Positions 53,257 through 64,000 of a stretch of DNA of 64,000 nt are shown here, in pieces. Source of the stretch: Acidobacteriota bacterium (GTDB lineage Bacteria; Acidobacteriota; Terriglobia; Terriglobales; SCQP01). The stretch covers positions 314,996-378,995 of the forward strand of contig SCQP01000016.1 of assembly GCA_004299485.1 (NCBI GenBank), given 5' to 3'. How positions within the stretch are numbered: position 1 is the first letter of the stretch; every line of letters begins with the position of its first letter. The notes below the pieces were generated by a model. The model searched no databases and was not told the DNA's origin. It was given only the letters and a program-made list of their open reading frames with translations. The position numbers and the translations under genes were made by a program.

Positions 53257-54101
53257 CTGGCGCCGGCAGCGGTTTCGGGCTTGCCCTGCAGCTCGGCAAT
53301 CCAGGACAGAATGCCGCCGGCGACGGCTTCGTAGCCAGTTTCAATCATCAGCATGTGGCCGCAATCGTAGACCTGCAGCGGGCATTTGTAGAATTCTGAC
53401 AAGCACTTCTGCTCGCTGATCGGAATCAACCGGTCGTCGCTGCCGCCAATCACCAGGCAGGGCGATGTGACGCGGCGCACATCGACGCTGACCAGACCGA
53501 CCGCCATCTGCATGGAAGCGCGGCCGGAATCGGGTACATCGCGGTGCGCGATGTCGGCGCGCACCTCAGGCGTCAGCCGGTTGTTGACCAACCGGTCCTG
53601 CAGCGATGCATCCAGCACCACCGAGCCGCCGCACATGGGCCACACCACTTCCTTCCAGGGATGGCGCAACAAATGCCGCCACATGGAGCCATATGCCCGG
53701 CGGAACATGTGCCAGGGCGGCGCGCTGGCCAAAAAGACATAGCCCGGCTGCCGGTGGGATTCGGCGAGTTTCTGCGCAATCAGACCACCCATGCTGTGAC
53801 CGACGATGACAAATTTGCGGCCGATTTCGGCCATGGCCGCCGCCACCCAGAGCGCGTAGCTCTCCACACTGTAGGTGCCCATGCGCTGAGCCGTGGCCGG
53901 GTCGGTATCCTCGCCATGACCGGGCAGCTCGAGGGCGTAACTGCAAAAACCGCGCTCGGCAAACCAGGCTTGAAACGGCTCCCAGCCCCAGATCCCGCCG
54001 CCCAGGCCGTGGACGAGCAGCAAGGGCGCAGACTGCTCCGGCCCGTCCGGAATCGCGGTCAGGCAATTGAGTTGTCCATACCGTTCGCGTCTTATCTGCA
54101 T
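53253..54101 (-). CDS. Alpha/beta-fold hydrolase
   Basis: It has the nucleophile elbow 'VGHSMGGLIA' and the 'LLLVHGLGGG' oxyanion region. Confidence 0.8.
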   Translation of the reverse strand: MQIRRERYGQLNCLTAIPDGPEQSAPLLLVHGLGGGIWGWEPFQAWFAERGFCSYALELPGHGEDTDPATAQRMGTYSVESYALWVAAAMAEIGRKFVIVGHSMGGLIAQKLAESHRQPGYVFLASAPPWHMFRRAYGSMWRHLLRHPWKEVVWPMCGGSVVLDASLQDRLVNNRLTPEVRADIAHRDVPDSGRASMQMAVGLVSVDVRRVTSPCLVIGGSDDRLIPISEQKCLSEFYKCPLQVYDCGHMLMIETGYEAVAGGILSWIAELQGKPETAAGAS

Positions 54102-54256
54102 CGGTGGTGGACTCCAGCCTCCAGCGGCTACATCATAACGTGCCCGGAGGCCAGTACAACCAAAAAAAATGTCATGGGGGGAGCCGTCTCGCCGCCCCCT
54201 GCATATGATGTCTGCGCCTCTAGGCGCGGCTGCGTAAAGCGGGCTAAAATTTCAGC

Positions 54257-54889
54257 ATGCGCGTACATGCATTGGTGTTTGGGGCCGTTGTGGCGGCCGT
54301 AACCCTGGCGGGCTGTCATTCCTCCCCCCATTTAGGGCCGCAACCCGCTCCGCCCGGCAATTTCGCCGCCGCTATTCAAACGGATTTGGGGACGATTACG
54401 GTGCAACTGTTTCCCAAGGCGGCGCCGCTGACGGTGGGTAATTTCATCGGCTTAGCGGAGGGGACGCAAAAGTGGGTCAACCCGCGCACGGGTAAAATCG
54501 AAGCCGGCAAGCCCTTCTACAACGGTCTGACCTTTCATCGCGTGATCCCCAATTTCATGATTCAGGGGGGGGACCCGCTGGGCAACGGCAGCGGCACTCC
54601 CGGCTACGCGTTCGCCAATGAAGTTTCGCCCGACCTGACTTTCGACCGCCCCGGGCGGCTCGCCATGGCCAACGCCGGCCCCAACACCAACGGCTCGCAA
54701 TTTTTCATTACCGTGGCGCCCTATCCTTCGCTGAATGGCAATTACACTATTTTTGGCCAGGTGATCAGCGGCCAAAACGTGGCCGACGCCATCAGCCAGG
54801 TGCCGCGCGACGGGAGTGACAATCGTCCTCTCACGCCGGTCCATATCATAAAGATCACCATCCACCGGACCGCCACCACCGCCCCCTAA
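54257..54889 (+). CDS. Cyclophilin-type peptidyl-prolyl cis-trans isomerase, lipoprotein-like signal
   Basis: 'FHRVIPNFMIQGGDP', 'LAMANAGPNTNGSQFFIT' and the N-terminal 'VTLAGCHSS'. Confidence 0.9.
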   Translation: MRVHALVFGAVVAAVTLAGCHSSPHLGPQPAPPGNFAAAIQTDLGTITVQLFPKAAPLTVGNFIGLAEGTQKWVNPRTGKIEAGKPFYNGLTFHRVIPNFMIQGGDPLGNGSGTPGYAFANEVSPDLTFDRPGRLAMANAGPNTNGSQFFITVAPYPSLNGNYTIFGQVISGQNVADAISQVPRDGSDNRPLTPVHIIKITIHRTATTAP

Positions 54890-54903
54890 GAGAGGCGCCA
54901 CCC

Positions 54904-56385
54904 ATGCTTCGCACCGGCGTTGCGCTCTGCTGTTTGCTGGCGTTGAGCCTCTGCGCCGCGGCGCAGAAGCCGGAAACGACCCCAGCACAGCCGGACCCGC
55001 TGGTGGTGCAGTTGCTGGCACAGGCGCGGCAGGCAACCGCATCGGTTCCGAGTCTGCTGGCGCCGGCGATGCTGAGCGCGATTGCGCGCGATGAGTTGGG
55101 GCCGGGGCGGCGCCGCCGGCACGAGACGTCCGGCGCGGACCAGCCGGCGCTGAGCGATTTCCGCGCCGCGTTCGCGATAGCGCTGGCGCTGCCGTCGGGG
55201 ACGGGCGACCCGGTGCTGGATACGGCGCGCGTTCAGGTCAAAACCGAGGTCGAGCAGGAAGCCGTGGCCGAGCTGGCGCGGCACGATGAGGCCGTCGCCG
55301 CCCTGCAACTGACGCGCTCCGCCGATGTACCCAAAGAACCGCTCTACAGCCAGCTCATCATGGCGATGGCGAGGGCGCACGCGCCAGAGACAAGCGAACA
55401 GAAGAGGCTCGATGCCCTCGCGGCGCTGGTCGATGAGTGCGAGCGCGTGACCGGAGCCTTCCCTTACCGGGGCGTAGCGGCACTCCTGCGGCGGGCCGAC
55501 AATCCCGGCCTGGATCAAATGCTGCTGGTGCAGGGCGGCTACCAATGGGCGAAGCAGGAAACCGACCCCCGCCGCATCGAAGCCGCGGTGCCGTTTCTGC
55601 TGGCCGGACATCGCAAGGAACCGGAACTGGACCAGGAACTCCAAAGCACCATTGCGGCGCAACTCAGCAGCTTGCGCACCGGGCCGCTGACGCTTTCGCA
55701 AACCACGTACACCGCAGCGCGCGGCCTGCTCACGGTGCTCCGGCTGCTCGATCCGCTCCAAGCTGCGCAGTGGGCGCAGCAGTGGCCGCAGATGGATTTG
55801 AGCGCTGGCGGGCAATTCCGCGGGCGCTTTGGGCTGCAACCGCGGCGGCGGTTCCAACTGCAGCTTCCGCCTCCCGCCGATGCAGCCGCAGACGCCGATC
55901 GCTCCGCGCAGGCAGCGGCGTGGCAGCAATTCCGGAAACTGGTGCACGAGGCCGAAAGCCAGCGGCATCGCAATCCCAATGGCGCGCTGGCGCTCGCCGG
56001 ACAGGCGAGCGGTATGCTCGATGCAAGTTTGTGGCCGGTGGCGCTGCCCGAGGCGGTGCGCGTGGCGGCAATGGAAAAAGAGCTGGGCGACCGCGAAGAT
56101 GCCGCCGCGCTGCTCGAAAGTTGCCTCGACGAAGCCGACCGCCAGGCCCGCAGCGACGACGCCGCCTACCTGAACGGCGATCCCGACGCCCTTGCCGGTA
56201 TCGCGCAGGACGCCGGCCGCGCCGGCGCAGCGGTGCTGGAGGCCTATAGCGAAGCGGCGCGCGTGGATTTTGCCGCAACCGCAGCCCACGCCGAAAGCGC
56301 GCAATTTACGCTGCTCAAGCCGCTGGTTCTGGCGCGTGTGGCGCTGGTCGGCGCCCTCGCCGCCCGGGAGGCGCAGCCGCACTGA
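54904..56385 (+). CDS. Secreted alpha-helical hypothetical protein
   Basis: The signal peptide is 'MLRTGVALCCLLALSLCAAAQ'. Its stop overlaps the pheA ATG (TGATG). An equally long antisense ORF is rejected. Confidence 0.55.
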   Translation: MLRTGVALCCLLALSLCAAAQKPETTPAQPDPLVVQLLAQARQATASVPSLLAPAMLSAIARDELGPGRRRRHETSGADQPALSDFRAAFAIALALPSGTGDPVLDTARVQVKTEVEQEAVAELARHDEAVAALQLTRSADVPKEPLYSQLIMAMARAHAPETSEQKRLDALAALVDECERVTGAFPYRGVAALLRRADNPGLDQMLLVQGGYQWAKQETDPRRIEAAVPFLLAGHRKEPELDQELQSTIAAQLSSLRTGPLTLSQTTYTAARGLLTVLRLLDPLQAAQWAQQWPQMDLSAGGQFRGRFGLQPRRRFQLQLPPPADAAADADRSAQAAAWQQFRKLVHEAESQRHRNPNGALALAGQASGMLDASLWPVALPEAVRVAAMEKELGDREDAAALLESCLDEADRQARSDDAAYLNGDPDALAGIAQDAGRAGAAVLEAYSEAARVDFAATAAHAESAQFTLLKPLVLARVALVGALAAREAQPH

Positions 56386-56936
56386 TGGCAACCATGGCGA
56401 TGCCGGTTGCGATTCAGGGTATCGCCGGCTGCTTTAGCGCCGCCGCCGCCGCCATCCTGCAGCCAGGAGCCGAGCTGCTTGCATGCCACTCATTTGAGGA
56501 CGTCTTTGCTGCGCTCGCGAGCGGCCGGACGCAGCGGGCAGTTGTACCCGTCGAGAACTCTCTGGTTGGGGCGATTGGGCCGGTGCAGCGCCTGCTGGCG
56601 GCCAGCAGCGTCCGGACGCTGGGCGAGCACACGCTGCCTATCGAGCAGTGCCTGATCGTGCCGGTACACACCGCCTTGGCCGGGGTTCACCGCCTGATTT
56701 CCCATCCGGTGGCGCTAGCGCAGTGCCGCCGGTTCCTGGTGCGGCATCCGGAGTGGCAGGCAGAGCCGTTCTTTGACACGGCCGGCAGTGTTCGTGAAGC
56801 CAACCTGCGCCACGACACGGCCGCCATTGCCGGTGCTTTGGCAGCAACCACTTATGGAGCCAGAGTGGTAGAACATGGCATCGGTGATCGGGCGGATAAC
56901 GTTACCCGATTTTTGCTGATCACGCCGGCAGGCTGA
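56385..56936 (+). CDS. pheA: Prephenate dehydratase catalytic domain only (no ACT domain)
   Basis: 'VAIQGIAGCFSAAAA', 'AVVPVENSLVGAI' and 'ISHPVALAQCRRFL' are present. The protein ends 'NVTRFLLITPAG*', where the ACT domain normally begins. Confidence 0.8.
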   Translation: MATMAMPVAIQGIAGCFSAAAAAILQPGAELLACHSFEDVFAALASGRTQRAVVPVENSLVGAIGPVQRLLAASSVRTLGEHTLPIEQCLIVPVHTALAGVHRLISHPVALAQCRRFLVRHPEWQAEPFFDTAGSVREANLRHDTAAIAGALAATTYGARVVEHGIGDRADNVTRFLLITPAG

Positions 56937-56974
56937 GGCGTCATAACCCCTAGATAAGTCGTTTGTAGTTGCGC

Positions 56975-57003
56975 TTGCTATTATCAGATTTCATGCATAT
57001 ACT
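56975..57003 (+). promoter_or_regulatory. lon promoter (TTGCTA-17-TATACT)
   Basis: The hexamers are at 56975..56980 and 56998..57003 in an AT-rich intergenic stretch. The -10 ends 11 nt before the ATG, and no SD is visible. Confidence 0.45.
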
Positions 57004-57013
57004 CTAATCAACT

Positions 57014-59467
<2,454 letters not shown>

Positions 59468-59470
59468 GCG

Positions 59471-60484
59471 CTACTCGAGTAGCTGGCCGCTCACGCCTGC
59501 AGCGGTGACAGCCGCCCCTGGCGTGGCGTCGCGGATGTAGCCCAGGGCAAAATATTTCGTGTCGGCACTGTCCTGTGTGGGCGGTGCGACGCTGGTGATT
59601 TTGCCCGCGGCGCGGCCCTCGGATTCGATGGCAGCGCCGGCCGCCACGTGCGCCGCAAAACCAAAGGCGCTCCAATGCCGGTGTACGGCACCGCGGGCGC
59701 GGATGCGCTCGACGATCTCCTGCCCGATATAGCACCCCTTGGTAAAGCTGAGGTGATCCATCTGGCCGGTTTCCTGCGGCAGTTCGGCTTCAGAGATGTC
59801 AACCCCATACAGAGGCTGGCGGGCGAAAATGCGGTCCCGTTCCTGAGCGGCCGGCCCCGCTGGCTGCGCGAGTGCTTGCAGGCGCTCCCAAAGAGCGGCG
59901 GCGGCGGCGGCGGGCGCGACGAATTCGAGTTGCGGTATGCCCGCCGGCGCGCTCGCCAGCGTCCAGCCGCCGGATGGATGCGCGAGCCCCTGCTGCGGCT
60001 CGGGCGCGGGAGCGCACCAGCCAGCCTCTGCTGCTATCTCGGCCGCACGCGGGCCGCGCAGCCGAAGCGCCGACCAGGAGGCGCTGCGATCCTCGATCGT
60101 CAGCTTCGAAATAAAGACAAAGCGGCGCAGGCGCTGTTCGAGGCCTTCGCGCTGCGCCTCATCGGTGAGCAGCAAAAAGGAATCGGGCGCGGTGCAGACC
60201 AGGTCGAGGCTGGCCAGAATGTGGCCCTTGGGGTCAAGCTGAAAACCCGGCGCCCACTGACCCGGCACCAGATCCCGCACATTGGTGGTGATCATGCCGT
60301 TTAGCCACTTGCGCGCCTCTGGACCTTCCAGGGCGAGCACGGCGCGCCAGCTCGCGTCATAGAGCAGCAGTTGCCCGGCCGGCCAGGGGTGAAATTCCAG
60401 GCCAGGTGAGGAGACGGCGGCAATCTGGCCGCCGCGATAGGGCGTTACGACCTGGCCGGAAGCGGCAAGCGGAGTAGTACGCAT
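59471..60484 (-). CDS. ygfZ: Folate-binding YgfZ/GcvT-like protein
   Basis: It has the signature 'FTKGCYIGQEIVERIRARG' and a GcvT-like N-terminal fold. Confidence 0.8.
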   Translation of the reverse strand: MRTTPLAASGQVVTPYRGGQIAAVSSPGLEFHPWPAGQLLLYDASWRAVLALEGPEARKWLNGMITTNVRDLVPGQWAPGFQLDPKGHILASLDLVCTAPDSFLLLTDEAQREGLEQRLRRFVFISKLTIEDRSASWSALRLRGPRAAEIAAEAGWCAPAPEPQQGLAHPSGGWTLASAPAGIPQLEFVAPAAAAAALWERLQALAQPAGPAAQERDRIFARQPLYGVDISEAELPQETGQMDHLSFTKGCYIGQEIVERIRARGAVHRHWSAFGFAAHVAAGAAIESEGRAAGKITSVAPPTQDSADTKYFALGYIRDATPGAAVTAAGVSGQLLE

Positions 60485-60959
60485 CTCTCTTCTAGCGTGC
60501 CTGAGAGAGACAAAACCGGCAAGGCCTTGCCTACTTGCTGGTATTCGCCGGTACAGCCCAGATTCCGCCTTTGGGAGCGGCGAACTAAATTGAAATCCTC
60601 TGCTATGTTGAGTTTAACCACGGAGTGCGAGGGCACGGGATCGTTTTGAAACGGGCAGCAGTATGACATCTTCTCCGCGAGAGGTAGTTTTTACCGCGAC
60701 TTTTCCTGGACAGCAATTTCGCGAAGCGGCGCAGCGCACCCAAGGACGGGCCACGAAGCGCCGCATCTCCTTTATTCATAGCATTTGGCGCTCACGGCAG
60801 CGCCGGGCATCCACGGTGGGTGTCCACCGCCCGGGGGCATTTGGCCCAGGCCCCGGCGTGGTGGCGTTTCAGTTGCAAGGATATAGGCAAAGCGCAAGCT
60901 ACACAGGAACCGGGCAAGAATAAAAGGCAACGCGAGAAACGGTGCCGAGAGGAGTTGGG

Positions 60960-61457
60960 ATGGCGACCCGCACACAATTACAACTGGAGCCGCTCAGCGG
61001 CTGTATTCACGAACAATTCCTGCAATCCGAATATGAACGCCAGCGCCGGCGCATTTACACCCTGTGCCGTTGGATGCTGAGCGATGCGAACCGGGCGCGA
61101 CGGATGGAAATCAATATCTTCCTGGACGCCTGCCGGGGCGCCGACAGCGGCCACGGTCTAAGGGAAGAGATCATGGATGGGGAGCGGCTGGTCGCGCATT
61201 TCGCCGTTCATTTCCGGGGATTATTCGCGAGCGACGCTGCTGCTGCCGGTGGCGGTGGCGCGGCGCCCCCATCCGGCCTGCGGCTGCGCGAGGCGGTGCG
61301 GCAGCTTCCGGCGGGGCAACGGCTGCTTTATCTGCTCCACGAGCTGGAGGGCTATCCGCCGGCGGTGCTGGCCGATTGGCTCGACCTCGACCCCGGCTAT
61401 TGTGCGCGCCTGATCCATGAAGCGCGGCTGCAACTGCGCGACGCCGTGGCCGCCTAG
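60960..61457 (+). CDS. Sigma-70 family (ECF-like) sigma factor
   Basis: The region 4 HTH is 'LREAVRQLPAGQRLLYLLHELEGYPPAVLADWLDLDPGYCARLIHEARLQLR'. Region 2 is divergent. The ATG at 60960 has a GAGGAG 6 nt upstream. Confidence 0.6.
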   Translation: MATRTQLQLEPLSGCIHEQFLQSEYERQRRRIYTLCRWMLSDANRARRMEINIFLDACRGADSGHGLREEIMDGERLVAHFAVHFRGLFASDAAAAGGGGAAPPSGLRLREAVRQLPAGQRLLYLLHELEGYPPAVLADWLDLDPGYCARLIHEARLQLRDAVAA

Positions 61458-61490
61458 CGCGTTAACCGCAACCACGGTTACACTACCTGA

Positions 61491-62927
61491 ATGAGCACTG
61501 TACTGGATTCGAAGCCGGCTGCGGCCGGGGATTATAAAGTTGCCGATCTGCGCCTCGCCGATTGGGGCCGCAAGGAAATCACCATTGCCGAGCAGGAAAT
61601 GCCCGGCCTGATGTCGATCCGGCGCAAGTATGCGCCCGAGCGGCCCCTGGCCGGCGTGCGCGTGAGCGGTTCGCTGCACATGACAGTGCAGACGGCGGTG
61701 CTGATCGAGACGCTGCGGGCGCTGGGCGCCACCGTGCGCTGGGCAAGCTGCAATATCTTCTCCACCCAGGACCATGCCGCCGCGGCCATCGCGCTGACGG
61801 GCGTGCCGGTGTTCGCCTGGAAGGGCGAAAGCCTCGAGGACTACTGGTGGTGTACGTACCAGGCGGTGTCGCACGCGGATGGGCTGGGACCCCAGCTTGT
61901 CGTGGACGACGGTGGCGACATGACGCTGCTGATCCATAAAGGCTACGAGCTGGAGAACGGTTCGGACTGGGTCAAGTCGCCTTCTGCCTCACATGAGGAA
62001 AAAGTGATCAAGGACCTGCTGCTGCGCGTGCACGGCGAAGATGCGCGGCGCTGGCATAAGATCGTCGAAGCCTGGCGCGGCGTGTCGGAAGAGACCACGA
62101 CCGGCGTCCACCGCCTGTACAAAATGCAGGAGACGGGCACGCTGCTGGTGCCCGCCATCAACGTCAACGATTCCGTCACCAAGTCGAAGTTCGACAACCT
62201 CTATGGCTGCCGCGAATCGCTGGCCGATGGCATCAAGCGCGCCACCGACGTAATGGTGGCAGGCAAGGTGGCCGTCATTTGCGGTTACGGCGATGTGGGC
62301 AAGGGCTGCGCGAAATCGCTGCGCGGCTTTGGCGCGCGGGTGATTGTCACCGAAGTGGACCCGATCAATGCGCTGCAGGCGGCCATGGAAGGCTTCGAGG
62401 TGACCACCGTCGAGGACACGCTCGGCCGGGGCGATATTTACGTCACCTGCACCGGCAACTGCGAGGTGATCACGGTCGACCACATGCGCCACATGAAGGA
62501 TCAGGCGATCGTCTGCAATATCGGCCACTTCGACAATGAGATCCAGGTGGACGCGCTCAACGCCGCCGCCGACGCCCAACGCACCAACATCAAGCCGCAG
62601 GTGGACCAGTACCAGTTCACCGGCGGCCACAGCATCTTCCTGCTGGCCGAAGGCCGGCTGGTGAATCTGGGCTGCGCCACCGGGCACCCGAGCTTTGTGA
62701 TGAGCAACAGCTTCTCCAACCAGACGCTGGCGCAGTTGGATCTGTGGCGCAACCGCGACACCTACAAGCCCGGCGTCTACACGTTGCCCAAGAAGCTCGA
62801 CGAAGAGGTCGCCCGCCTGCACCTGGAAAAAATCGGCGTCCGCCTGACCACCCTTACCCCCCAGCAGGCCGACTACCTGGGCGTGCCCGTCACCGGCCCC
62901 TACAAGCCCGATCACTACCGCTACTGA
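61491..62927 (+). CDS. ahcY: Adenosylhomocysteinase
   Basis: '[26 protein letters not shown]', '[13 protein letters not shown]', '[10 protein letters not shown]', 'GHFDNEI'. Confidence 0.95.
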   Translation: MSTVLDSKPAAAGDYKVADLRLADWGRKEITIAEQEMPGLMSIRRKYAPERPLAGVRVSGSLHMTVQTAVLIETLRALGATVRWASCNIFSTQDHAAAAIALTGVPVFAWKGESLEDYWWCTYQAVSHADGLGPQLVVDDGGDMTLLIHKGYELENGSDWVKSPSASHEEKVIKDLLLRVHGEDARRWHKIVEAWRGVSEETTTGVHRLYKMQETGTLLVPAINVNDSVTKSKFDNLYGCRESLADGIKRATDVMVAGKVAVICGYGDVGKGCAKSLRGFGARVIVTEVDPINALQAAMEGFEVTTVEDTLGRGDIYVTCTGNCEVITVDHMRHMKDQAIVCNIGHFDNEIQVDALNAAADAQRTNIKPQVDQYQFTGGHSIFLLAEGRLVNLGCATGHPSFVMSNSFSNQTLAQLDLWRNRDTYKPGVYTLPKKLDEEVARLHLEKIGVRLTTLTPQQADYLGVPVTGPYKPDHYRY

Positions 62928-62938
62928 GCGGGCAGAAC

Positions 62939-63877
62939 GTGCCCTCGCACACCGAACCTCCGGCGGGCGGCTTTCCTCATCAACAGGTGGGGCGAGCGCT
63001 CCTGGTCCATGCGGATTGCATGGCCTGGATGCACCACGCGCCGGAACACTCGATTCACGCCATCGTGACCGACCCGCCCTACGGGTTGCGCGAGTATGAA
63101 TCGGCCGAACTGGAGAAGCGGGCCGCGAAGACCGGAGGCATTTGGCGCATTCCTCCCAGCTTTGACGGCGCGAACCGCCAGCCACTGCCCCGGTTTACGG
63201 CGTTGAACGCCAAAGAGCGCCGCGAGATCAGTATTTTTTTTTCCGAATGGGCCGCAGCGGCGGCGCATGTGCTGCGGCCCGGGGGGCATGTTTTCATCGC
63301 GACCAATTCGTTTTTGTGTCAACTGGTCTACGCGGCGCTGGTGGAAGGGGGCCTGGAGTTCCGTGGTCAACTGGTGAGAATTGTACGAACCTTGCGCGGC
63401 GGCGACCGGCCGAAAAACGCAGAGGAGCAGTTCCCGGATGTGTGTTCTTTGCCGCGCGGCAGTTACGAGCCCTGGGGCATCTTGCGCAAGCCCATGCCAA
63501 AAGGAATGCGCCTTTCGGACTGCCTCAGTGAATACGGAACTGGAGGCCTCCGGCGACTCCAGGATGGATCACCCTTCGCAGACGTGATCGAGGCAGGGCG
63601 AACTTCAGCGCAGGAGCGCGCGCTGGCCAACCACCCCAGTCTAAAGCCACAGGCTCTGCTGCGCGCGCTGGTGTTCGCATCGCTCCCCTGCGGCTCTGGG
63701 ACAATCCTTGACCCGTTTATGGGGTCCGGGTCAACCCTGGCCGCTGCCAACGCACTCGCCGTGGGATCCATCGGCATCGAGCGGAGTGCTGCATTTTACC
63801 AGGCCGCCCCGGACAACATTACGAGGCTGGCGAACCTGGTTGTACCGCAGGATCAGCTATCGCTCACGCTCGCGTAG
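62939..63877 (+). CDS. Beta-class N6/N4 DNA methyltransferase (PF01555-like)
   Basis: The 'IVTDPPYG' motif IV precedes the C-terminal 'ILDPFMGSGST' motif I. The GTG at 62939 is 12 nt after the ahcY stop. The track's longer ORF overlaps ahcY out of frame. Confidence 0.8.
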   Translation: MPSHTEPPAGGFPHQQVGRALLVHADCMAWMHHAPEHSIHAIVTDPPYGLREYESAELEKRAAKTGGIWRIPPSFDGANRQPLPRFTALNAKERREISIFFSEWAAAAAHVLRPGGHVFIATNSFLCQLVYAALVEGGLEFRGQLVRIVRTLRGGDRPKNAEEQFPDVCSLPRGSYEPWGILRKPMPKGMRLSDCLSEYGTGGLRRLQDGSPFADVIEAGRTSAQERALANHPSLKPQALLRALVFASLPCGSGTILDPFMGSGSTLAAANALAVGSIGIERSAAFYQAAPDNITRLANLVVPQDQLSLTLA

Positions 63878-64000
63878 CTCGCGGCACTTATAGATCCAGT
63901 TCGCCGTCATTCGGGCAGCGCCGGCCGGTTTGACGCTCGCGGTGATGGTTCGGCGGCTCGTGCTCGAGCGGCCCGAAAACTGCCAATCGCTTTTGGACAA

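Noticed and set aside
54886-56391. 501-aa minus-strand ORF exactly opposite the 54904..56385 secreted-protein gene
   Set aside because: The minus-strand product is extremely Arg/Gln/Gly-rich with no signal or motif. The plus-strand product has a signal peptide and is stop/start-coupled to pheA. Neither has a recognisable domain, so some residual uncertainty remains.
59469-59482. 14-nt perfect palindrome GCTACTCGAGTAGC between convergent lon and ygfZ as a bidirectional terminator
   Set aside because: The stem is too short and the loop too tight, and there is no T/A tract on either side. It also overlaps the ygfZ stop codon, so it is probably fortuitous.
61458-61490. Possible SAH riboswitch upstream of ahcY
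   Set aside because: Only 33 nt separate the sigma gene stop from the ahcY ATG, which is too short for the riboswitch, and no conserved SAH-element core was visible.
61989-63185. 398-aa ORF antisense to ahcY and the MTase
   Set aside because: It is a shadow ORF spanning two well-supported plus-strand genes.

Overview
High-GC bacterial chromosomal segment. By inference from gene content it is probably Acidobacteriota/Terriglobia-like: a giant NHL/Ig-repeat surface protein, a TIGR03436-style VWA protein and many Sec-exported hypotheticals. I support about 50 protein-coding genes, 2 tRNA-Arg genes, one Fic-family pseudogene, several intrinsic terminators and a five-copy interspersed ~110-bp repeat. 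I saw no rRNA, CRISPR array, transposase or integrase. Most genes are housekeeping: polA, uvrA, lon, lexA, trpS, hemE, ahcY, galU, ugd, selD, zapA, ymdB, pheA, DAHP synthase, LexA, a cell-wall amidase and a PBP-like transpeptidase. Many long ORFs in the supplied track are antisense or frame-shadow artefacts of the high GC content and are rejected. Signals most worth follow-up, in order: (1) a 23-codon leader ORF with F-T-Y-Y-W-Y-Y followed by a perfect intrinsic terminator directly upstream of DAHP synthase, a candidate ribosome-mediated aromatic amino-acid attenuator; (2) a Sec-signal RHS/YD-repeat polymorphic toxin whose 214-aa, ten-cysteine C-terminal domain I cannot assign to any family, followed by an overlapping gene for a 415-aa membrane-anchored protein and two small membrane ORFs; (3) a ~110-bp intergenic element present five times, with helices whose substitutions are compensatory or G:U-compatible on one strand only; (4) a lexA promoter whose -10 box sits 8 nt from the ATG (leaderless), with two candidate operators; (5) smaller oddities, namely an internally deleted Fic gene, a duplicated 3' end of the pterin dehydratase gene, a prephenate dehydratase lacking its ACT domain, and a beta-class DNA methyltransferase behind ahcY at the window edge. 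All functional calls rest on motif recognition by eye. No database search or folding computation was run.
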